DNA of 64,000 nucleotides from Myxococcota bacterium (GCA_963676915.2 CAXXVK010000010.1:150992-214991), one strand, 5' to 3'; positions 19,780 to 29,423 are shown, counted from the stretch's first letter. Notes: generated by a model from the sequence alone, not told the origin. Numbers and translations: made by a program.

Positions 19780-21645
19780 ATGACGCGACGACCGGAAGAC
19801 ATCAAGGTGATTATCGCCACAGACTGCGGCAGCACCACCACCAAGGCCATATTGTTCGAAAAAGTCGGCGACGAATACCGCCAGACGTATCGCGGCGAGG
19901 CTCCCACGACGGTGGAAGCTCCGTTCGAAGATGTTACGCGGGGAGTGCTTAACGCCATCCAGGAAGTCGAGGAACTTTCCGGACGGCCGATGCTCGACGA
20001 GGATGGAAAATTCATCAAACCCGCCCGGATGGAAGACGGCAGGCCCGTAGGTGTGGATATCTACATTTCGACCTCTTCGGCAGGTGGCGGACTGCAAATG
20101 CTCGTCAGCGGCGTGGTGCGGAAAATGACGGCGGAAAGCGCCGAGCGTGCCTCGTTGTCGGCGGGAGCGATCGTGATGGACACGATCAGCGTCAACGACA
20201 AACGCATGCCCCACGAACAGATCGAGCGCATCCGCCAGCTTCGCCCCGACATGATTCTGCTGGCCGGTCTGACCGACGATTCCCAGCGCATCGACCACGT
20301 CGTGTCGCTGGCCGAACTGATTCGAGCCGCCAACCCTCGTCCCCGTCTCGGACAAAGTTACAATCTGCCGGTGATTTACTCCGGTACGCAAAACGCCCGT
20401 GAGGAAATTACCGAAATCCTTGGGGAAAAGACCGATCTGACCATTACCGAAAATCTCCGGCCTTCGCTGGAACGCGAAAACCTCGACCCGGCTCGCGACG
20501 CCATCCACGATCTGTTCATGGAACACGTCATGCAGCAGGCTCCGGGATACAAAAAACTGATGAGCTGGACCGATACGCCCATTGTTCCCACGCCCGGTGC
20601 GGTGGGGACGATCATCGAGCGTATTTCGCAGATCGAGTCGGTTAACGTGGTGGGGGTGGACATCGGCGGGGCGACTACTGACGTGTTCAGCGTGTTCCCC
20701 ATCGTCGAAAACGGCAAAAAACGGCCCAAATTCAACCGAACCGTATCGGCGAATCTCGGCATGAGCTACTCCATCGCCAACGTACTGGCCTCGGCGGGAC
20801 TGGATAAAATCATGCGCTGGGTACCGTTCGATACCGACGAACGAGCCTTGCGCAACGCCATTAAAAACAAGATGATCCGTCCGACGACGGTTCCTCAGAC
20901 CTTGCAGGATCTCGTCATCGAACAAGCCGTGGCCAAAGAAGCGTTACGGCTGGCGTTTCTCCAGCACAAAGAATTCGCGACCAGTCTCAAGGGCGTTCAG
21001 ACAGCCCGGACGATTTCCGACGCCTTCGATCAATCCGAAGGTGGGCTGACCATCGTCAATATGATGGCGCTGAATCTGCTGGTAGGGTCCGGCGGGGTGC
21101 TTTCTCACGCTCCACGGCGGGTACAGACCGCCATGATGCTGCTCGACGCCTTCCTACCCGAAGGGATCACCATGCTGGCGGTAGACTCGATTTTCATGAT
21201 GCCTCATCTGGGGGTGTTGTCCGAGCTGCATCCGCAGGCGGCTGCCGAGATTTTCGAAAAAGACTGCATGATCCACCTGGGTGACAGCATCGCCCCGCGT
21301 GGTCGAGGAAAACCGGGCAAACCTGCCATGAAAATCACGCTGGATCTTCCCGACGGACAGATAAAGGAAACGTTGTCTTTCGGGGATTTGCGCTTGGTCC
21401 CGTTGGGGGATGGCGAACAGGCCCGTCTTGTCGCGGAGCCGATTCGAGGTGTCGATGTCGGCGCGGGAGCCGGAAAACCACTCGAAACCACGGTTCACGG
21501 CGGGGTTGTCGGCTTGCTGTTCGACCTGAGAGGCCGCCCCTTGGAATTGCCGGAAAACGACGCCAAACGTCAATCGCTGTTGACAGGCTGGTTCTCGTCT
21601 CTCGAACTCTATCCCCCCGAATTCCTTGGCAAAGGAGGCGAATGA
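19780..21645 (+). CDS. GlmL/MutL-like (glutamate mutase reactivating factor family) actin-fold ATPase
   Basis: TDCGSTTTK, SSAGGGL, PTPGAV, VDIGGATTDVFS, RTVSANLGMSYS, GSGGVLSH. Confidence 0.85.
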   Translation: MTRRPEDIKVIIATDCGSTTTKAILFEKVGDEYRQTYRGEAPTTVEAPFEDVTRGVLNAIQEVEELSGRPMLDEDGKFIKPARMEDGRPVGVDIYISTSSAGGGLQMLVSGVVRKMTAESAERASLSAGAIVMDTISVNDKRMPHEQIERIRQLRPDMILLAGLTDDSQRIDHVVSLAELIRAANPRPRLGQSYNLPVIYSGTQNAREEITEILGEKTDLTITENLRPSLERENLDPARDAIHDLFMEHVMQQAPGYKKLMSWTDTPIVPTPGAVGTIIERISQIESVNVVGVDIGGATTDVFSVFPIVENGKKRPKFNRTVSANLGMSYSIANVLASAGLDKIMRWVPFDTDERALRNAIKNKMIRPTTVPQTLQDLVIEQAVAKEALRLAFLQHKEFATSLKGVQTARTISDAFDQSEGGLTIVNMMALNLLVGSGGVLSHAPRRVQTAMMLLDAFLPEGITMLAVDSIFMMPHLGVLSELHPQAAAEIFEKDCMIHLGDSIAPRGRGKPGKPAMKITLDLPDGQIKETLSFGDLRLVPLGDGEQARLVAEPIRGVDVGAGAGKPLETTVHGGVVGLLFDLRGRPLELPENDAKRQSLLTGWFSSLELYPPEFLGKGGE

Positions 21646-22766
21646 TGGGCCACGCCTATACACCGGGATTGAAAGTCACCGAACGCACCACCATTCGCAA
21701 ACGACGCCGGTTGCCCATCCGGGGCGAGGTCGTCGTGAAACAAGGGGCGATGGTTCAGCCGGGTGACGTAGTAGCCCGTACGGAATTGCCGGGCGACGTG
21801 TTTCCGGTCAACGTAGCCAACCAACTCGGATTGGAACCACGCGAGATCGGCATGGCGATGCTCAAGGAAAAGGGCGATGTCATTGCCGCAGGAGAGAAAA
21901 TCGCCGAATCCAAAAGTTTTTTCGGCCTGTTTCGTTCGGAAGTAACCGCTCCCATCGAAGGAACGGTGGAAAACGTCTCGAACGTTACCGGTCAAGTCAT
22001 TCTGCGCGGTCGTCCGCTGCCGGTAGAGGTCAACGCCTACATTCCGGGGCAGATTGTCGAAGTGGAGGAAGGCGAAGGCGTAACCGTCGAAGCTTCCGTG
22101 GGGTTTATTCAGGGGATTTTCGGCGTTGGTGGTGAAACCGACGGTGAACTGGCATTGGCGGTCAAAGGTCCGAACGACGTGCTCGACGAAGCGGGCATTG
22201 TCGAGGAATTTCGGGGAAAAGTGATCGTTGCCGGACGGATGACTACCGCTGGAGCCGTGCGTCGTGCCGTGGAACTCGGGGTGGCGGGGATCGTCACCGG
22301 TGGCCTGGATGATCGCGACCTGCGCGATTTCCTGGGCTACGATCTCGGGGTAGCCATCACCGGACAGGAAAACCTCGGCATCACATTGCTGGTAACGGAG
22401 GGTTTTGGGGATATCGCCATGGCGATGGCTACCTGGAACCTGCTTAGCAAACATCAAGGACGCTCCGTGTCGATCAACGGAGCCACGCAGATTCGCGCCG
22501 GGGTGATCCGTCCCGAGGTGATCATCCCGCTGGATGTGGAAGAGCGCGAGGAACACCGCAAAGACGAGGGCGCGATTCTGGAAATCGGAATGCCGGTTCG
22601 CTGCATCCGCACGCCCTATTTCGGGCGCATCGGGAACGTCCGCGCCCTTCCTGCCGATCTGGCCACTCTGGAAAGCGAAACCAAGGTTCGTGTGCTGGAA
22701 GTGGCGTTCGATAATGGTGAAAACGCCATTGTCCCCCGAGCCAACGTGGAAGTTATCGAAGGGTGA
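21642..22766 (+). CDS. Conserved hypothetical partner of the GlmL-like protein (barrel-sandwich hybrid-like repeats)
   Basis: ATGA overlap; RRRLPIRGEVVVKQG, APIEGTV, TEGFG, RAGVIRPE, VPRANVE. Confidence 0.75.
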   Translation: MMGHAYTPGLKVTERTTIRKRRRLPIRGEVVVKQGAMVQPGDVVARTELPGDVFPVNVANQLGLEPREIGMAMLKEKGDVIAAGEKIAESKSFFGLFRSEVTAPIEGTVENVSNVTGQVILRGRPLPVEVNAYIPGQIVEVEEGEGVTVEASVGFIQGIFGVGGETDGELALAVKGPNDVLDEAGIVEEFRGKVIVAGRMTTAGAVRRAVELGVAGIVTGGLDDRDLRDFLGYDLGVAITGQENLGITLLVTEGFGDIAMAMATWNLLSKHQGRSVSINGATQIRAGVIRPEVIIPLDVEEREEHRKDEGAILEIGMPVRCIRTPYFGRIGNVRALPADLATLESETKVRVLEVAFDNGENAIVPRANVEVIEG

Positions 22767-22836
22767 TAGGAGAACTAACGAAATTTCCTGTCCCTTTCCG
22801 TCAGGAATTTTATAGTTGTAGAAGAAATCAAGACAG

Positions 22837-23493
22837 ATGACCTATAGAAAAGAACTAAAAAATTTGCTTTCCACTGAAGCTTTAGGGCCTCCGTGCTTTA
22901 ATGGCGAAAGAAAATATCTCGAAAGAATTAGCCAATATCTCTGTGAACAATTATTTCTTGGATACAACCAACGCAGGCTACATTTACACAGAGTAATTTG
23001 TGAACTTGATTACTTAGAAGGATTGATTTTACGAACATCAACGGTTAAACCCAAGATGTTCAAAAACCCGAGCAGTCCATTGTTAGGCTTTTGGAAGAAG
23101 CATTTTTTTCAACCTGAGAATATCTTAGGCAACATGAGTGCTCATTGGGGATTAGATTATTATAAGGGAGACCATTGTAAAGAAAATCGAAAGCTTAATG
23201 ATTTGGTCGAAAGAGAACTTGAATCAAGTTATGGAGAAGATTTAAGTCAAGAAAAGATAGGAAAGTTGGCTTACAAAATGGTCTTGGGTGGCTTTAACTC
23301 AAGACAAGAAAAGAAGAAACTTACTGGAGATTGGATTGTATATAAGCCAGACAATGGAATGAATTACTATCTCGGTCTTTTTCCCCACAAAAAGCAAGAT
23401 GAAAATCACTACGATCAGCAAGTGTATGAATTTGTTGAGAAAATTTGCAAAAATGAATATCCTTTTTTATTTTCAGGTCGTCACCCATCCTAA
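22837..23493 (+). CDS. AT-rich orphan hypothetical protein with RelE/YafQ-like motifs
   Basis: 218-aa ORF in AT-rich DNA; PLLGFWKKHF and LTGDWIVY...YYLGLFPH. Confidence 0.7.
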   Translation: MTYRKELKNLLSTEALGPPCFNGERKYLERISQYLCEQLFLGYNQRRLHLHRVICELDYLEGLILRTSTVKPKMFKNPSSPLLGFWKKHFFQPENILGNMSAHWGLDYYKGDHCKENRKLNDLVERELESSYGEDLSQEKIGKLAYKMVLGGFNSRQEKKKLTGDWIVYKPDNGMNYYLGLFPHKKQDENHYDQQVYEFVEKICKNEYPFLFSGRHPS

Positions 23494-23572
23494 AAGGTTT
23501 CATGTACAGCGACTAGCAAACTCCGGCACTTTGATTAGTAATCTCCGCACGTTTTGCTCTAAGAAAAACATG

Positions 23573-23597
23573 TGGACGGGGATACAATCCCCATCCA
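23573..23597 (+). repeat. REP-like palindrome, family copy 3
   Basis: TGGACGGGGAT-ACA-ATCCCCATCCA; upstream flank ACGTTTTG...AAAACATG shared with copy 2. Confidence 0.78.
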
Positions 23598-23649
23598 TCG
23601 ATAAGTCTTTTTGCTTGCGACAAATAGTTTTCGAAAACACCTTGGCAAT

Positions 23650-23676
23650 GTCGGGCAAAAAATTTGCCCGACCTAC
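23650..23676 (-). repeat. GTAG-type REP palindrome (may also act as a terminator between convergent genes)
   Basis: Minus strand GTAG-GTCGGGCAAA-TTT-TTTGCCCGAC. Confidence 0.65.
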
Positions 23677-23683
23677 TGAAATT

Positions 23684-26600
23684 TTACTTTTTCCAGGCGT
23701 AGGGACCGTCGGGTAGGGGATTGGTCTTTATCGAGGGTTTCTGGATGTCGTGCCTTGCGGAGCGGTCGTAGATCTGGCTTATGATATCTTCGCCGGTTTT
23801 TTCCTGCCAGAGCAGGGTCTGACCGTAGGTCTGTTCGAAAATCAGGCTTTTGGGATTCTCGGGCTGCCCGGTTTTGGAAAACACCGCCAGCACCCAGTCT
23901 CCATCTCCGAACGTTGCCGGTTGGAGATCGTTACGAAGCTTGCCCGACCATTGCAACAAACGAAAAACCTGGCTCAGACGGTTGGCGTCGGGTGTGAGCT
24001 CGATGCGGATCTTGTCCGGTGCGTTCCGATTGAGCCAATCCACGGTTCCCAGTGGGATCGTGCACTCGACCCCAAGCGGCCAGTTTTTCCCTCCCGCTCC
24101 GAGAATCAGTGAATGCACGGAGTGGGTCGAGGAAAGATGAGGATAGGCGGACGACAAAAAGGCGATCTGTAACAGCACCACGAGCGCTCCGATACCCGGA
24201 GCCACCGCCTTGGCGAGTTTGCCGCTATCCGCTGGTAGCAGGTTTGGAATGATGGTTTCCAAGGCTGCGTATCCGTAAGCCGCCAAAACGACGACGAAAG
24301 GCAGAGGCAGGAAAAACAAGCCTTCGTTCCCCGGACCGTCGAAAGCCAGACCGAGCAGAATCAGGCCGATGACAAGCACTCCGGCGTGAATGAAATCGGC
24401 CTGGTGAGGTCGGGTGTCGAGTTTGTATCCGGCTGCCGCATCGGACCACAGGAAATGGAGCAACGCTACAATACCTGTTACAGCCAGCAAGAGCATCAGG
24501 CCGGTTATCGACGCAAAAGCCATGGCAAAGCGTGTCGAAGCCGGAAGCAGCAGACCCGAAGCCATCGAAGCGACCGAATTCTGGTACACGTTCATGCTTG
24601 GTCCACGGGAGAGATACAGCCGAATCTGCTCGAAATCCGCCAGCCAGAAGCTTGGCCAGCAAAGCATTAGAATTACAGGAGAAAGCAGCAGCACTAACAG
24701 AGTCAACCATGCAGCACGGCGGCCTGTATCCATATCGAGATCGGGGTAAGCGTCGTCGTTGCCCAGGTGTGCCAGATGTTTGATCGGTGTCCAGGCGAAC
24801 AGTGGTGCCGTAAGCAGAAGGGGAGGCCACATTCCCGTTGCCAGACCGAAAGACAGCCCGAAAAGCGGAATATACAGGAGGTTGTGTTCGGATTGTTTTG
24901 AAAAATAATACGCTGTAAACAGCGCCGAGGTGATCGCGACAACAGGAAGTGCACGGTGAGAAAACTCGAAGAAAAACGGGGAGGTAGCCAATATCATCGG
25001 GGCGAGGATACCCGCAGCCAGCCCCAGACGGTCATTGGTAAAACGAAACACCATGAACAACAGCCAGGCGGCGAGTAGTGCGAAGGAGAAGCGACCGGCG
25101 TCCAGTTCTCCCATGGTTTTTGTAAGATAACTCAGTCCTAACGTGCCCAGCGAGGTTACGATGGCGCTTCCATCCGGACCCTTGGCGATGTGGTCCGCTT
25201 TCGTTTCCGTGGCGTCGTAAAATGCCCCGATGGCTTTGTCCGCTGTTTCGATTCCCAACCCGTTGGCGAGTTTGTAGGCGAACGAGGAGGAATGCAGCAC
25301 GGTTTCCACTTCCCGATAACTAAGCCCCGAATGGTCGATCGTCCCCCACATCACGTAAGCGAAGACCACCGCCAGCAATACTCCTACGATTCGTCGTTTC
25401 TTGGAGAACAGGGTTTCGGAAAACGTGTCTTCCTTGAGTTCCGAAATGGAGGAAATCGTTGCCGTGGCCGTTCGTCGAAGTTCATCCTCCGAGGACGCCT
25501 CTTCCCTGGTACGGATCGGCAGGGTATCCTCCGATTCGCTGGAACGAGGGCGTTGGGTTGTCGAACGTCGAACCGGCACTTCTCGAACGGCTTCCGTTTC
25601 GTGGGTGATGCGGGAGTGTCCGTTGCTTGTTTCGACCCGGTATGGATCACTCACCTCCCGGCGGGTAGCCGGTTTTTCGGGGAGAGGTCGCGCATCGACG
25701 ACGGTAGAAACCTCCGATGGCGGCGTCATCTCCAATTCGACCGATTCTCTAGCCATTTCAACATCATAGACCGGTTGCAAGCTGTCCATGGTTGCGGCTA
25801 GCGGCTCGAGTTCGATTGTGGTATCGGGTGTCGTTTTCGTTGTAGTAGGTTGTTCCTTGAGGGGTTTCGTCGGAACATGCAGCGGTTCGGCATCAAGGGG
25901 TTCGAGTTCGGGGATCGCATTTTCCGAACTGGGTGTTACGGTGGTTTCTTCCAGTATCCAAGCCGATTCTGTGGCACCGGTTTTTTCGTGATCTTCCGGG
26001 ATGTCCATCGGAAGTTCCGACAAGTCCCCGGAATCGATGGCGGTTCGTCGCACGGAACGTCCGGGATCTTTCGAAAGGCCGTTTTCTCCGGTATCCCAAT
26101 GGGGCAATGGGGCAAATGGCAAAGTTTCGGATAGGGCTTCGAGGGCGTCGGCGAATTCGTGGGCCGACTGGTATCGTTCGTCCGGTTCGCGACAGACGGC
26201 GCGGGCGATGACTCGTTCCAGATCCTTCGGCACCATCCTGTATTGACGGATGGAAGGAAGAGATTCCTTGTGGGCGCGCATCAACGCTTGAATCTGCTCG
26301 ACCAGTTCCGCTTTTTGCGGAACATCGAAGGGCAATTCTCCCGAGAGGGAAACGAAAAGCACCAACCCAAGCGCGTAAATATCGCGCAAACGAGACATTT
26401 TCAGCCAAGTGTCTTCATCGACATCCTTCGCACCTTGTCCCGTCTTGCTGTAAAACGTCTCTGGAGGTAGATATTCCAGCGTTCCTACGTGCAGGCCGGA
26501 ACTGGTTACTCCGGCATCCGCAAAACGGCGCGCCAGACCGAAATCCAGCAGTTTGACAGTACCGTCCTCTTCGATAAACAAGTTGCTGGGTTTGATATCC

Positions 26601-26995
26601 CGATGGCTGATGCCGTGATCGTGGGTATGAGCCAGTGCTCGAGCCGCTTGTAACGCAAACGATACGGCCTGACCGGGAGTCAACATGTCCAATCGCCGAA
26701 TCCACGTCGCCAAAGACGACCCTCTGAGCAGTTCCATCACGACGAAAAGCTGTCCATCGCACTCGAATGGGGGTTCTGCACTTGGAAGATTGGGGTGTTT
26801 TAACGACAACATCAACGCGGATTCGCGCAAGAAGCGGGTGACGTTCTTTTCTTCAGACATCAGGCGGGAGTGAATGATCTTGATCGCACGATATTGGTCC
26901 GGGACCAAGGCATGTTTCGCTTTATAGACGACCCCCATGCCTCCGCGACCGATTTCATCGAGGAAAATCCACTCGCGAATGTGCTTACCGATCAT
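23684..26995 (-). CDS. Hanks-type Ser/Thr kinase fused to a multi-pass GT-C (ArnT/PMT-like) membrane domain
   Basis: GRGGMG, AIK, HRDIKPSN, DFG, GTLEYLPPE; Pro/Glu/Thr-rich linker; C-terminal multi-TM region with GLAAGILAPMILATSPFFFEFSH. Confidence 0.85.
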   Translation of the reverse strand: MIGKHIREWIFLDEIGRGGMGVVYKAKHALVPDQYRAIKIIHSRLMSEEKNVTRFLRESALMLSLKHPNLPSAEPPFECDGQLFVVMELLRGSSLATWIRRLDMLTPGQAVSFALQAARALAHTHDHGISHRDIKPSNLFIEEDGTVKLLDFGLARRFADAGVTSSGLHVGTLEYLPPETFYSKTGQGAKDVDEDTWLKMSRLRDIYALGLVLFVSLSGELPFDVPQKAELVEQIQALMRAHKESLPSIRQYRMVPKDLERVIARAVCREPDERYQSAHEFADALEALSETLPFAPLPHWDTGENGLSKDPGRSVRRTAIDSGDLSELPMDIPEDHEKTGATESAWILEETTVTPSSENAIPELEPLDAEPLHVPTKPLKEQPTTTKTTPDTTIELEPLAATMDSLQPVYDVEMARESVELEMTPPSEVSTVVDARPLPEKPATRREVSDPYRVETSNGHSRITHETEAVREVPVRRSTTQRPRSSESEDTLPIRTREEASSEDELRRTATATISSISELKEDTFSETLFSKKRRIVGVLLAVVFAYVMWGTIDHSGLSYREVETVLHSSSFAYKLANGLGIETADKAIGAFYDATETKADHIAKGPDGSAIVTSLGTLGLSYLTKTMGELDAGRFSFALLAAWLLFMVFRFTNDRLGLAAGILAPMILATSPFFFEFSHRALPVVAITSALFTAYYFSKQSEHNLLYIPLFGLSFGLATGMWPPLLLTAPLFAWTPIKHLAHLGNDDAYPDLDMDTGRRAAWLTLLVLLLSPVILMLCWPSFWLADFEQIRLYLSRGPSMNVYQNSVASMASGLLLPASTRFAMAFASITGLMLLLAVTGIVALLHFLWSDAAAGYKLDTRPHQADFIHAGVLVIGLILLGLAFDGPGNEGLFFLPLPFVVVLAAYGYAALETIIPNLLPADSGKLAKAVAPGIGALVVLLQIAFLSSAYPHLSSTHSVHSLILGAGGKNWPLGVECTIPLGTVDWLNRNAPDKIRIELTPDANRLSQVFRLLQWSGKLRNDLQPATFGDGDWVLAVFSKTGQPENPKSLIFEQTYGQTLLWQEKTGEDIISQIYDRSARHDIQKPSIKTNPLPDGPYAWKK

Positions 26996-27282
26996 CGATT
27001 CCTCGGCCACCAAAAAATATATTCAAAATCGTGCGAAAAAATTATGTAACACACCGCCTGTTTAACTCCAAACAGTTTACACTAAACCGTGACCAATTTA
27101 TTAACAAATTTCTGTGTTTTTTCAGGATTTTAGGCAAAAGGATGCGTTTTTCGACACTATCTGTCGAAAAAACACAGGATTAAAAACGATACTGAAAAGA
27201 AAACGGGTGTGAGGACAAACCTAGTCGAACCACGACCGTAACGAGTCGGAACCGGAAAAAACGGGTATTGTCGAGGGGTTGA

Positions 27283-27495
27283 TCAATCCTCGGCGTTGAT
27301 TTTCAGCGGAGCTTTGGTGACTTTGCCGGAACGGATGCAGCTCGTACACACGGTTTTGCGCGTGACGGTTCCGTCTTCGAACACCCGAATCTTCTGCACG
27401 TTGGGGCGGAAGACACGGCGGGAGGAATTGTTCGCGTGGCTGCGATTGTTACCGGTCATCGGACCTTTGCCGCAAATTTCGCATTTCCTGGACAT
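27283..27495 (-). CDS. rpmB: 50S ribosomal protein L28
   Basis: [21 protein letters not shown]...FRPNVQ...CTSCIRSG. Confidence 0.97.
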   Translation of the reverse strand: MSRKCEICGKGPMTGNNRSHANNSSRRVFRPNVQKIRVFEDGTVTRKTVCTSCIRSGKVTKAPLKINAED

Positions 27496-27819
27496 CGTGG
27501 TTCTCCTTCTAGCAGGGTCCGTTCATGAACCTCTTGAGGCGTGAATCCTTATCTCAACCGAGCGAAAAAGGCAAGAATATTTCCGTTTTTCGGAAATTGA
27601 GTGTCGTAATTGTCTCCAAACCGAGGGTGGTTTTGCATCAAAAAGTCCAATCCCAGAGCAGAGAATCGAATTGTTCATGGAAAACATAACAATTGCTGCG
27701 TAAAAAGCCCATTTTATTGACAATTTGTTCTTGGATAGGATAGCATACGACCATCGAAAATCAGCATTTTTATAGCTTGATATTTGGAATATTTAGTGTA
27801 TCCAAAGGAATGCGTCGCC

Positions 27820-28686
27820 ATGCCCGCCAAGAAAAAAACGGAAACGAAACCTCGAAAAGCCACGAAAACCCAGGCAAAAGAAGCGAAAAAAACGACGGTA
27901 AAATCGAAAACCAAGGCGTCGAAAAAGGCGAAAACATCGAAACCTGCCAAAGAAGCCAAAGAAAAGAAAAAAGCCGAAACGACCGAAGTAGTGAAAAAGA
28001 CTGCGAAAAAGGCTACGAAAAAGAAAGCGACCCCGAAGGTGGAAAAAAAGGCGGCACCCAAGAAGACATCTACAAAGAAAGCAACAACCACCGCTAAAAA
28101 GAAACCGGCGACGAAAAAGAGTACGGCGAAGTCTGCACCGAAGAAAACGACCAAGGCGGCCACGAAAAAGAAAAAAGCGGCTCCCGAGACGGACAGCTAT
28201 GTTACCGAATCCGGTTTGAAGCAGAAAAGCAAAGCGCCGCTGTTTACGCTTCCCGCCTCTACCGGGATGAAAATAAGCCTCAAGGAGATCAAAGGCGAGC
28301 GCGTGGTGGTATTGTTTTTCTATCCCAAAGACGACACCCCCGGCTCCGCGTTGCAAGCCAAGGATTTTCAGAAATTCAAAGACGAATTCGCCACCAACGG
28401 AGCGATTTTGTGCGGAATCAGCGGCGACACGATGGAGAGCCACGAGGAATTCGCCGAGCAAAACGGTCTGACCTTCCCGCTTTTGGTGGACAAAGATTTC
28501 AGGGTGGCGAAAAAATACGGAATCTACGGTGAAAAAACGCTGTTCGGACAAAGCTTTTTCGGTATTACCCGCACCACCTTCGTGATTGGTAAAAATGGAC
28601 GAATTCTGAAGATTTTCCCCAATGTCAAAATCAAGGGACATGTTGCGAAAGTCGTGGAATACATTAAGGATTTAAATTCCAAATGA
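27820..28686 (+). CDS. Histone H1-like Lys/Ala/Thr-rich domain fused to a BCP-type peroxiredoxin domain lacking the peroxidatic Cys
   Basis: ~120 aa of KKA/KKT repeats, then FFYPKDDTPGSALQAKDF, GISGD, FPLLVD, RTTFVIG. Confidence 0.85.
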   Translation: MPAKKKTETKPRKATKTQAKEAKKTTVKSKTKASKKAKTSKPAKEAKEKKKAETTEVVKKTAKKATKKKATPKVEKKAAPKKTSTKKATTTAKKKPATKKSTAKSAPKKTTKAATKKKKAAPETDSYVTESGLKQKSKAPLFTLPASTGMKISLKEIKGERVVVLFFYPKDDTPGSALQAKDFQKFKDEFATNGAILCGISGDTMESHEEFAEQNGLTFPLLVDKDFRVAKKYGIYGEKTLFGQSFFGITRTTFVIGKNGRILKIFPNVKIKGHVAKVVEYIKDLNSK

Positions 28687-29423
28687 CCCATAATGCCGCC
28701 GGAAACTACCCCGGACCGCTGTTGATCGTCGGATCGGGAAAAAACATCGGGTTTCATCTGGCGCGGCGGCTTTTGGATCGAGGCGCAACGCTATACCTTA
28801 CCTATCGTAGTGATGCCCAGGCCGTGGACGATCTGCGGGCGCAGTATCCCGAACAAGTCCTCGAAACCTTTGTTTTCGATGGCAGCGACTCATCGAGTAT
28901 TTCCGAAATGTTTCGGGCGATTCGAGAGCGAGAAGAAGGTTTGTATGGTGTTATCGACACCGTAGGACCGTTTACGAGAAAACCGCTCGAACAGACCGAC
29001 CCCGATGTCTTCGGCGATCTGGTGCAAGGCAATCTGGTACAGGCTTATCATGTGGCACATCACGCTTATCCGCTGCTGAAGAAGCGCGGGGGCGGGCGGC
29101 TTGTGTTTTTTACCTTCGCCGGTGTCGAAAAACTGGCCGCCTACAGCCGTATCGGAGCCTATGCCGCTGCGAAAACCGCGTTGCTCGCCCTTGTACGCTC
29201 CATGGCGGTGGAATGGGCGGACGATGGCGTCAGCGTCAACACCCTCGCACCGGGACTGATTCGTGGAACGGATGAAGATCAGTTTCCCGCCTCCATGAGG
29301 GATCGGAACGACCGCAAAACCGGACTGGCCGACATCGCCCGAGCCGTGGAGTTTTTACTTGACCCGGAAAACCGCAAAGTTACGGGGGTGAATCTCACCG
29401 TATCCGGCGGTTTTGGCTGGTGA
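28683..29423 (+). CDS. Short-chain dehydrogenase/reductase
   Basis: GSGKNIG, YAAAK, VNTLAPG, VTGVNLTVSGG. Confidence 0.88.
   Translation: MTHNAAGNYPGPLLIVGSGKNIGFHLARRLLDRGATLYLTYRSDAQAVDDLRAQYPEQVLETFVFDGSDSSSISEMFRAIREREEGLYGVIDTVGPFTRKPLEQTDPDVFGDLVQGNLVQAYHVAHHAYPLLKKRGGGRLVFFTFAGVEKLAAYSRIGAYAAAKTALLALVRSMAVEWADDGVSVNTLAPGLIRGTDEDQFPASMRDRNDRKTGLADIARAVEFLLDPENRKVTGVNLTVSGGFGW

Noticed and set aside
19780-21645. Glutamate fermentation (methylaspartate) operon, or DNA-repair MutL
   Set aside because: No mutase or methylaspartase genes nearby; the motifs are actin-like, not GHKL
6018-23597. Integron attC sites or CRISPR repeats
   Set aside because: Copies are kilobases apart, lack RYYYAAC/GTTRRRY ends and regular spacers, and no intI or cas gene is present
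28339-28350. Selenocysteine at the peroxiredoxin active site
   Set aside because: The codon is TCC (Ser), not TGA, and the ORF is uninterrupted
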